A DNA stretch of 64,000 nucleotides from Monocercomonoides exilis PA203 (taxonomy: Eukaryota; Protista; Preaxostyla): positions 496,001 through 560,000 of the forward strand of contig LSRY02000030.1 in assembly GCA_001643675.2 (NCBI GenBank), read 5' to 3'. Shown here piece by piece: positions 50,390 to 61,363 of this stretch. Under the pieces are notes generated by a model. That model was not told the origin of the DNA, ran no database searches, and saw only the letters and a program-made list of their open reading frames with translations. The stretch's first letter is position 1, and the number at the start of each line of letters is the position of its first letter. The position numbers and the translations under genes were made by a program.

Positions 50390-51060
50390 CTAAAAACATA
50401 ATAAAAATACTGACTTTTTCATGTTGAGTGAAACGCATCTTTTCAGAATAAAAAATCATTCGAAAAACCGTCTTTTATCATTTTGAGAACTCTCATCTTT
50501 TTTTTTCACAGAGAATGCACATATGTTTTTTTAGAAAAAAAAAATAAAGTCAATTTGTATTTATTCATTTGGTATATATTCCATTTTTATTTATTTTCAA
50601 GATATACGAAATTCACAATTATAAAAAAAAATAATATGTTTTAATTATTAACTATAATATTTTTTGTGTGTATTTTTAATAAAACTTTGTTGAAACAGCA
50701 AGAATAGACATTCATTTTTTATTTAAGCAACTTAAAGCGCACAAAAAATCATTCATTTTCTTGTTGAGCTGAATGCATCTTTTTTAAATGAAAATACACT
50801 TGAAAACCCATCTTTTATTATTTTCTATTCCTTCATCTTTTTTTTATTCATTGAATATATCTCAATCGTAATTTTTAAATAATTTTGAACATATTCATCA
50901 AAACAAATATCATTTTCATTTATATTTTGTATATACGAGATTCACGAGAAATGAAAAAAAGTTATATTTCAAAAAATTGCCACTATAATTAATTATGTGT
51001 ATTCTTCACTAAACTTAGTTGAAATAACGAGAAGCGCTATTCATTCTATTTTTGAATATG
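50390..51060. repeat. Degenerate ~335-bp tandem duplication upstream of the 1,230-aa gene
   Basis: Collinear blocks TGTTGAG..GCATCTTTT, TCTTTTAT, ATATACGA.ATTCAC, ACTATAAT, GTTGAAA..ATTCATT recur about 340 bp apart. Confidence 0.6.
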
Positions 51061-52809
51061 AAAATTTTTACGCATCAAAATATTAATTCCTTTATTTGAT
51101 ATGAAATGAATTTGGTTTGTATGTTTCATAATTCTTTTTATTCATATTGCTTCCATTTATTGTTTTCTTTCATTGAATACGATCTTCAATTGAAGCATTG
51201 ATTCAAAACATTGAAATTTTCAATTTTTGTAAATATATAGATTATTCCAATTTTTTTTAAAATTTTTGATTGTTATTCAATAAAAAATTGACAAGTGAGA
51301 AAATTCAATTGAATGTTTCAAAAGCTTTATAACAAATTAACATATCATCAAAAATAGCTTATGTTTGAAAAAAAGCAATGATAAATGTGTGTTTTCAGCT
51401 TTTATCTGTCAAACGTCTTGCCAATCGTCATATTTCTCATTCTGCTTTGATAGAAGGATGATTGGATTGAATCTTCCAAGTGAATGCGATCTTAGAACTG
51501 CCTGGCAAAAGTTCAACAGCAACGAGTTTGAAGATCATCCATAAAAGGAGATGCTTTTGTGTGAAGTGTGCTGGTGAATTGCAGCTGGACGGACATTTTT
51601 TATTCACATCGCAACTTTTTCATCAATGATACAGCTAAGTGCAGGGAAATATATTTGAACTGCAAAAATGACAAAGAAATCTTAACTTACTCCTATTTCT
51701 GCTTGATTAATGAACAGTTTGCTGAAGATTCGGAAGTGTTTGTCAGAAGCGAATAGACATTTGTCGATACAGATATGTTCTTGTTTCTTGATCGATTCCA
51801 TCACACGAGTTGAACGGAAAAGAAAAGCTTCGAACAGATTCATATGGAAAAATTGCACCAAAGGAGATGGGTCATCAAGCTGACATTAATCGTTGCGTGA
51901 AAGTCTTATTTTTTGTTGATCATGGGAAAAACTCACGAAATTGTTGTATCTGTGAAAATTCGAAAAAAAACATAAGAATGAACAGAGAAGCGGGGAGGAG
52001 AGAAAGAAAAGTTGAAAATACGAAAAACGGTTACCAAAAATTATTTAAGAAAAGAAAATGAATCTCACTAATCCGTTAGAGATGTTGCCTGAGAAAAGTT
52101 TCTGCACTCATAGAACATCGATACATGATTTTAGAAGATATGTATTATTGGAACGAAATAATTCGAAAGGGGAAGATTACTGCAAAATAAAGTTATTTCC
52201 TTCATTTCACAACGATCAGGATACTTTTCTTTATTTTTTCTCATGGAATAAATTGCGCAAATCATAAAATCCAAGAAGCAAAATCAATTCGTTGAATTTG
52301 TTAGATCTTTTTGTTGAAATATACACAAATTGTTTATTTATGGAATAATGATTCAATGATAATTTTTTATTGAATTTATCTGTGGAATTGAAATCCTATT
52401 CAATGCTTGCATAAACATTGAATTCGACAATAACATGTGTTTCAATACTTTTGTTAGCAATAAAATTTTGGTTGGTGATGGGCACAAACCTTTGAATAAC
52501 ACAGAACATTTTTTTGATTATGCTTATGAAACGCACATGAAAAATGTTAATTATGTGTTCTAATAAATTCGCTTTTATTCACAAACTCAAAGAATTTGCC
52601 ATTTTGTTTGATTGTTTTAAATTCGAGAATGAATCGTTTGTTTTTCTTGCTTCACTGTTGAAATGAATGGCACGAAAAAAAAAAGATGTTATCAATGAAA
52701 AAGAAGACAAGAAAATTGCACGTTTTTGTTTGTTATTTGAATAAAATTTTCGATTTCCTTTGGTGAAATTTCTTTTCTTGTTACATCTTATCTATTCTCA
52801 ATTTAAATT

Positions 52810-53740
52810 TCATGAAGAACAGAAGAATATGGCAGAGCAAAAAATGGAAGAAGCATCTTTTCTGAGATTTGATTTATTATTTATTTATTTATTTGATAAT
52901 CTATTGTGCTTTGAATGGGTATTTTTGATTCGTTGTGATATGAAGATCTTGATTTTCTTGAGATTGAGAAAGCGCAACAAGAACAAACAATCAAAGAAAT
53001 CAAAGAAATCAACATATACCATCAGAGATATGGCTTCCTTGTTCATCAGTCCTATTAGATTGACTGATTTTTCTTTTTTTGAAAAGTTGATAAAGATACG
53101 GAAAAAGTTATGAAGAAAAATCGATGAATGAGTTGCACTTTGCGAGAGAGAAAGTGAATGAAAAGGAAGAGCATGTTAAATGTGCGGATTAAGAGAGAAA
53201 AAAGGAAAGGAAGCGAAAAAAGAAATAAAAATCGGGAGATTGAATAAAATGAGTTCACATTTCCCATCCTCATATAAATTGTTGAAGGATGAATTAGCAG
53301 GGATTATTTGCGGCATTTCTCAGGTATTTCGAGCAGAAAAGGGTTATTACAGAGAAAGTTGAAATCGATGCATTTCTAATTTCAGAAATGCAGCAGAAAA
53401 CAGAAATGAGGATATAGATGATTTGTTGGAGAGTGGGGCTATTGGAGTGTTTTGGATGAAATGAGACAATCGAATTTGCAAAAAATGATTCTGTGGAATT
53501 GTTAAAATTCCTTTTTGAGTATTTCAAAACGATTGAAAAAAAAGAAGAAAGAATAAATGGAAGAAATGAAAAGAAAAACAACAAAAAGAAAGATATTTGT
53601 GAAGTTGGAAGAAGAAGAATTAAGAGTAATTTAACAAGCTTTCATAAAATATTTGATCTTCAAAACAGAATATTTTTTGATGAAATAACAATAGGTTTGT
53701 GAGTCTGCTTCGTGAATGCTCAAGGAAATAAGATGTATTT
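52810..53740 (+). pseudogene. Decayed copy of a helical multicopy protein family
   Basis: Broken frames give ELAGIICGISQVFRAEKGYYRES*NRCISNFRNAAENRNEDIDDLLESGAIG and NLTSFHKIF, which I recognise from memory as resembling a large oxymonad hypothetical family; many stops. Confidence 0.55.
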
Positions 53741-53797
53741 TTTTTCACATCTCCGAATAGCAAATATTCTTTTTTCACCATTTCACAGAATTGAAAT

Positions 53798-56700
53798 TTC
53801 GCAATAGAGCGAATCTACGAACGCAAGGAGCGGGTTTGCTCCTCAATAATGAGTATTAATCACGATTTATGGGAAGTTTGAGATCTGACTTCACCAATTC
53901 TCAAATCCAAAATTGATCCTAATTGTCCTCAATGAAAATGAAGCAACAACCTGTAATTATAAAACACAGAGAAGGAGATGGAAAAGAATTAGATCAATTT
54001 TTGAAACTGGAAAGAGGAAAAATTATTATTGAAAAATTTCCAGGATCTGTGAATGTTAAACAACATCCGGAACAGAAGATAGTGCACAGCCGAAAGAATT
54101 GAACAGAGAGCCGCACATTTTGAAGAGATAATATCAATAACAGAAGCTGCAAAACAGAGTGAGATAATTATTTGAATTAGTAAAGCGTTGTGCCACAAGA
54201 CAATTTCAGAAACTGAAACCACGAGAAATAGTGAGATATTTAAACAAAATGAAGAAATGATAATTTATTGACTTTAAAAAAGAGAATAAAACAATATAAT
54301 ATTTTGTTTATTTATAAGGAAAAAGAACAACGTATTGAAGTGATAAATAGTTAAATTAAAAAAACACTTGAAACCTCAAAAATTAAAAATGATAGATCCA
54401 TAAATTACAGAGAGATTATTTTTGAGAAAGAACTAGTTTTCAATTGAAAGATAATTTATTGAAGTGAAGCTGTGCATTCTCAGAAGATTATTCCAAAGAA
54501 TAAAAATACAAAATAGAGAAAATATTAATGAAGACAAAAGTGGAAAAGAGCCGTGCATTGCCGTGAGATATAGATAAATGGAAAATCTGCAAAATATCGA
54601 AGATGTTTTTGAGAATGTTGACACACATATAACAGCAAGATCATCATCAATAAAAAGTTTTGTTGAAATTGAAATATTTGAAATTGAAATGAAACAGTGC
54701 ATTGTCTCGAAATAACTGCAATGAGTAAAATCGTGTTTAATCTCTTGACCTTGATTGAGGTGAGAGAAGAGAGAGCCGCGCTTTGCCGCAAGATCATGAT
54801 TTGATTAAATAAAAGAAGAGCCGAGAACTGAAGCGAGAGATGGATAAATAGAGAATCTGCTTTATATCAAAAGAAGATTATTCAGGAAAAGAGCTGCGCA
54901 GTGACACGAGATATTGATAAATACAGTGATGAAATATTCATATTATTATTATACAAGGATATTTGTGAAAATTGATACATATATTTCAGCAAGATTGCAA
55001 TAGAAGGTTAATTTCATTGCGGTTAAAAGATAATTATCAAAAATGAAGCTGTGCATATTCGAGAGATAGTTTCAAAAATCAAACTTCGTTAGATCTCGAG
55101 ATCATGAGAATAGAGAGAGAAAAGAGAGCTGCACTCAACCGCCAGACCAAGAGATGAAAGAGAAACCGCGTTCAATACCGAGACCATTAGAGGTGAGATT
55201 GCAGAGAACCGCGATTTGCAGCGAGATGATAATAGAGATCGAAAACTCAGAAAATTAATAGCTATTGGCAAATGAAATATTGGCAAGCTATATTATGAAA
55301 CAATATCAAACAAAAAAAGTGAAATATCATTTATTTACTATTAGAAATGAGAAGATTCATTATAAGAGAAATTATCACAAATGAGAAACCGCAAAACATA
55401 TCTGGACTGAGAGATTAAAGACAGACGTGAATTTTTGCGAGATTAAAGTGGAGTGACAAATCACTTTTGACTAAAAGGGTTTGAAGGAAGAGAAAGCTGA
55501 GTTTGCTGCGAGATTAGGATAGAGAAAGAAATTAAGAGAAATTGCGAATAGATAATACGAAAAGAAACAGTGCATTTTCGCGAAAAAGGTTTCGATATTG
55601 TAACCGCGAAATTTCGCGAGAAAATTGAAGAAGTGAAACTCAAGAAAAAACGAGGAGAAGACAGAGAATGAGACCGCTGAAAACTGCGAGAGGCGGATAC
55701 AGATATAAGCCGCATTGCATGGCATGATGAAACTAGGAGAAGACTCCGCTTATCTCAGCTAAAATGCTGATTGACGCACTCAGCTGGACTTAGAAGAAAC
55801 CGGACTATGCACTGAGAGTGGAAAAAGTCACAGAGATATTGCAAATAGTCGCACCGAGAAGACTTGATTCAATTTCAGACCCGATTGCTTCGGTGCCCTG
55901 CAGAAATATGTGGAGACTATCCTCTTTGAAAAGGAAGAGAAAGAAGGAATTGTTTAAAAACGAGATTGAACTAGTTCGATATTGAGAAACATTGGATTGA
56001 CTTCAAAAGAGATGAGAAATGATGACTGGAAATTACCCCCAGGAGAGGTAATAAGCATTACGCTGGAGAAGAGAACATACAGAAAAGGGATCTCTTCTTA
56101 ACATGGGGAGAATGCGTTGGAGCAAAGGACATAGCAGCAACAATACTGAAAAATCAGAAAAGTGAAAAAGATATATGAAGAGCGCTGAAAAGATTTTAGC
56201 AATTCTTGGATTGAGAAGGCATAAATGACACTGACCCTCTCGCAACCAAAGATGTCAAATAAATCATGGCAGAGTTCACAAAAACACTTTCGAATACTAA
56301 CCAGTAAAGTGAATTGATTTATCAGACAGTTCGGAAAGTACTGGAATTTATTAACCTATTAAGAGAAATAAAGATTTATGTGAAAGATAAAGATATATTT
56401 CTAAAGAGTTACGTTGGGGAGAAGCCGAGAAGGGGCAAGCGATACAAATCAATGTGGGGCTTAACAATCATCACGAAATGGGCAGAAGCCACCCACGATA
56501 TAACAGACCTACAAACACTCCAGAAGATAGCCCTCATCCTCATTATGATTTTTGGTGCTTAAAGGCCAGTAGAGCTGGAGAGAATGAGAAGTGAGACATC
56601 GAAATTTAAAGATAATTTTGTCCAGACACAAGTTCAAACAAAAACATCAGGGGGAAAGACGGTTAAGATTATCATAAAGAAACACCCCAATCCACGTATC

Positions 56701-58322
56701 GATGCAGTGGAGGCGCTTCAACGCTGGATGGAGTTGACAAAGACAACGTTCAAGGATGAACATGTACGGTTTGACATAGAAGGGAGCATGCCTGCTAATC
56801 TGTAGAAAATTAAGGAAGAGTTAACGGCTGTTCTGAGAGAGAACGGAATACCCGAAACTTTCACGGTGTTCTCAATAAGACACGCAGTGATTACACACTT
56901 AGCAAGACGAGAAGGAGCGGACTGGAAGGCTATCAATGCTTATGAGAGATGGGAGCAAGGTTCGAGAGTGGACCAGGAATATTATTCAGTGTTACTTGTT
57001 CAAGACACAAATTGGATCCTGGGGACAATCGGTAGCCCAGTACCCCGTGCTGAAAAGGGAGACAAGTCTGAGAAGGATAGCGAAAGAGAGGATATTATAA
57101 ATGAGAATACATAATCTGAAACAAAGGAGTATCCTAAAGAAACATCACAAGCGGGGGGAGAAGTGGATATGAGCAAGAAAAAGAGATCGAAGAGACGAGG
57201 GACAATTCGAGAGAGGAGTTCGCAGCATGAGAGTGATATAGCACAACTTCCTAAAGGTGATGAGACACCCCCCATAATTCCCCGCAGCATTATGGAGCTG
57301 ACGGAGGGCAGACGGACTGCCTCACAGAAAAAACTTGAAACTGATCGGAGGAAACGCAGAGATAGAAGCATAGGACAAATTGTCAGGCCCGCTCAAGTGC
57401 AGAAGACCCGATCAAGGACACCCCGAAAACATTCCAAGAAAGGGAGGGAGTGGAGACAAGGTCCGCACCTTCATCCGCAGTCCCTCTATTCATCCGCCGC
57501 ACGATGTGGTGCTAGACAGGAGTGTTTAAGATCAGAAGAGAAGAAAGAGTGAGGGATTTCAGAACTCATTATTGAGGAGCAAACCTGCTCCTTGCGTTCA
57601 TATATTCGCTCTATTGCGAATTGACAGAACGCAGTGAGACAGGATTTGCTCCGAAATAATACGAACGCGGATGGAGAGAATCAAAGCAGCTGGGTACCAA
57701 AGAGAGAAAAAATATTAGGAGCAATATGACGAGAAAAAGGGAGCGAGATATTCAAGGGAAGAAAGAAAGATCAACAGTACGAAGTCACAAGAGTGAACCT
57801 GGAACCTGTTCAGAGAAACATGGGAACAAATGAATAGTGAAAACATGATCCCACTCCTAAACCAGATTATTATTGTTTTTACGGAGAAGAATTAAATATT
57901 TAATATGCAGTGTGTGATGATTGGGGTTGATCTGCTGGATCAGCAGAAGAGAGGGAGGCAGAGCACATCACGTGCAGTTTTCTTTTCCACTCCTCTCGGA
58001 AGCGAGAGTGGTTTTTCTTTCTGCTCCGTTTTGGAACACTCGCCTCTCCGGATCCCTGCACGGACTGCAGGAGACAGCTCCGAGGGGCATGTCCCCTGCC
58101 TTCTGATCCTCGTGACCAAAGCGAAAAGGCGAAGTCGGTGGTGAAGTGAAGCGGACAATGCATAATACTCTTTTCAATAGTTCAAATGTTTTTGTCAATA
58201 TTTTCATCTGTTCCTTTTTTCCACGTCATATTTGGGAGGGCGAAGTTCTCACTAAAACCACCCACACTTAAAGATCAAACTCATAATTTCGGAGCAAACC
58301 TGCTCTCACTGCGTTCTATCAA
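53798..58322 (+). mobile_element. Second, chimeric non-autonomous DIRS-like element (4.5 kb): own 5' terminus, periodic array in place of gag/RT, 3' half identical to the left element
   Basis: 5' end TTCGCAATAGAGCGAATCTACGAACGCAAGGAGCGGGTTTGCTCCTCAATAATGAG matches the ICR with 3 mismatches; remnant DALSWT*KKPDYALRV at 55773-55820; YR, ICR and 3' terminus follow. Confidence 0.85.
54106..55765 (+). repeat. Degenerate array of ~25-28 copies of a ~23-nt motif (consensus ~RGAGCCGCGCATTGCCGCGAGAT) at mostly 36- or 45-nt spacing
   Basis: Examples: 54547 agagccgtgcattgccgtgagat, 54772 agagccgcgctttgccgcaagat, 54890 agagctgcgcagtgacacgagat, 55205 agaaccgcgatttgcagcgagat, 55600 gtaaccgcgaaatttcgcgagaa. 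Confidence 0.7.
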
Positions 58323-61300
58323 AATAATATTATTGATTGAATGAAATGCAATTTTTAAATTTTTTAAGCTGTATATCATTTAAAACTTAAAATATTATTG
58401 TGCACTGACATTATTTTTTGATGAAAAAATGTTACTGGCTGTAAAAATCAAAACTACCGAAATTGATGTTTTTCATTTTTCTGTTAATAATCAAATTTGT
58501 AAAAAACTTTTTGAATATCAACATAATTAACATTCTAATATTAACAAATGATCATCTTAAAATTTTTTTTAAAAATTCATCGTTCTTAAAAAAATTTCAT
58601 TTTTTCGAAAAGTGGATGAAATGAGAAAACAGATGAAAAAGAAACTTGTGAAATGTGAAAAGTTATAAAAACAATAAAAAGGGTATGATGTGTAATGTTG
58701 ATGTCCCTTTAAACTTCCAGAATGTTATATTCATGGAAAGACCATCAATTTAATGATCAAAAAATAAAATTGAAAAATACCGAGATCTCAAAGTTAAAAA
58801 ATTTTCGTTAAAAAATTTTTTCTGTATAAGCAAAATATATTAAAATAAACATTTCTAGTTATTTTTTGTTGGCTACAGGCTTGTATTAAGCCGTAGCCAG
58901 CTCCACAAATAAAAAGGTGGGAGTTAAAAAAAGGGTCAGAGGTGAAAGTGTAACCCTATCAAAGAACATGCTTTTGAAAAATTTCAACAATTCTGCAGCT
59001 TCATTTATTTCATTCCTTGAGATATATTGTCCAATACACTTTGATAAAAATGAAATAAGACATGAATTCGAACTTGAAAACTTTGAGATTAATATTTGTG
59101 ATTGCATTCTACAGGTTAATATACAAAGAAGGAAAGCGATTTTTTTGATTTGATCCTTTTTTTCTTCGACATTGATCCTTTTTTCATTTGTGAAAAAAAT
59201 TGAAAAGCTGATTGTCTCCCTCTCATTCGCACAGTTTAGGTTCTCCGAATTTTTATTTATCAATTAAAAGGATGTGAAAAAATGAAAATATCAAAATTCT
59301 TGAGAAATAATTAACAATAGAAATAATTCAGTCAATATCATCAAAGTCTCCACTCATGAATAGATGTTTGATTATGAAATGACGTATGAATTTCTGTAAT
59401 CTTTATTTTTGTCAGGACTGGTTGAAAACGGAAAAGAAGAGAAAGAGGAAAAGGGAACGGAGGTAAGTGCAACAATTACAGAGGGATAACAACAATTCAG
59501 TTCAGAATGGTAGTGTTGTTGCACTCGGTTCTGCTATGCGTCCTGTTCTCAAATAGGAATTTTTAATCATCTGTTTGTTCAGTTCTGCTGTTGCCTAAAA
59601 AATTGTTTATAGATAGAAATTTTATATTTGAAAAACAAAATGATTGATACAATTTCTGGAAAATCTGTACGTCAATTATTTGTTTTTGAAAAACTATTTT
59701 TATCAGTCGGAACATATTCAGCTCACTTCAAAGAAGATCCATTTTCTGTTGCTTAAGACAACTTTCTCTTCGTTTGCTAACATCATCACATGTTTTTGAT
59801 ATTTTGCAAATTATTGAGCATTATTCGGCTTTGTTGTTGCCTTGCCAATGGAGCTGTGTGCATCGTCTGCCTGACACGATTTATAAAATACACTCCAAGT
59901 TCTTCTTTCTCAATATTTATTGAAAAGAAAAGGAAACAAACTGAAGTGATGATGGGGAGCAAGCAAAACATAAGACACAAAGACTTTTATCCCAAACACA
60001 GCCAACTATCACATCGCTAACACATACAAACATACATATAAGCATATAAACAAGAATTTTCAAAGAATAATTAAAGAATTAACAACAAAACAAAAACTCA
60101 TAGAATTGAAAATCAGCTTAAAAAAATTCAAAAAGACACCACAGCACTCTCAAGCAACAACAACAATATCATTTGTCCAATTTTTTTTCTGTGTATAAAA
60201 TGCACCACATGGCTCGCCTTCTTCTCTCACTCACTGCACAAGAAGAACAATCCGACTGCTTCCTTCTGTTCCTTCTCCGTTTCCATTCCCACTTCCACAA
60301 GAGGGCTCCCTCTTGTTCCCATCTGCCGAATAGCAGCACAGCGCATCTGTCATAGTCATTATCAACGATCCTGCCGGAAACCGCTGAATGAACTCTCTCT
60401 TCAACTCATTCAGGCTCCCCAGCTCTCTCCAATCCTGCGACACACACTTCTTCACCAGCTCCAGATAGCTCGACTGCTCCGCCTCTCCCATCCCTGGCCT
60501 CTCCCCATTCACAATCTTCTGCCCTGCCACCTCCCCTTCATACTCCCCAAACGGGATTTGAAGAGTCAAGCACTCCCACAGCATCATCCCAATCGAGAAT
60601 ACCACCGACTCCTTTGTTGCTCCCATCTTCTTCATCAGCAGCTCTGGTGCCTTCCACCTCAAACACTCTTTTCTGTTGTATTCATCATCCTCAAACGCTG
60701 ATGAAGGAAGGGAATCTTCATCGTCATCATCATCACTTGCAGATGTCACAACAGTTGATGAAGATATGGATGATGAGTCTGAATCATCAGAAGAAGAGCA
60801 GTCCGAGTGGAGGGCAATGCAGATCACCATGTGCTCTGAGAATAAAACAATGTGTGGACTCAAAGTGGAAAGAGAAGAAAGTGGATTTTCCATTTCATCA
60901 AACGAGTGGAGTGCCAGATTGGCCACCCAGAACAGGATCTGTGCGGCTGTTTGCTCCCTCTCCTGAAGAGTGCCTATCGCCATCTCCTTCGTCTTATTTC
61001 TTCCATGCAACAACATGAACAGTGAATCCCTCAGATCCACAATCAGCTTCTCATGAGGAGACGAGCAGGCCATTGCATCCACCAGATTAGACATCGACGA
61101 AGTGGTTGGACACAGACTCTCCGATCGAACAAATGTTGAATCTGAATCTGTTGTTGAAGTTGATGAAATTGATGGTGATGGTGTTCTCTTTCTTGTTTCC
61201 TCTTCTTCTTCCTCATCAACCTTTTCCAGCATCCATTGAGGAATCTTGTCTGAATCTCTCCCCAAAATGTATTCAGTTGATCCACTTTCGCTCAATAAAT

Positions 61301-61363
61301 GTTCTGATGATTTCGAGTGTCCCAAGCTTTTCTCATACACTCTCTTTTTTATCCTCTCTTCAT
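55808..61363. repeat. Right arm of the ~5.6-kb inverted segmental duplication
   Basis: Reverse complement of ~35336-40896; the differences I noticed are homopolymer lengths. Confidence 0.92.

Noticed and set aside
54106-55765. CRISPR array
   Set aside because: Repeats are far too degenerate, spacers are only ~13-22 nt, no cas genes are present, and the context is a eukaryotic retrotransposon.
58096-58140. HDV-like or hammerhead ribozyme (TCCTCGT and GGCGAA motifs; CTGA..GAAA)
   Set aside because: Bases flanking TCCTCGT cannot form P3, no P1/P2 is evident, and I found no CTGANGA core near the element ends on either strand.
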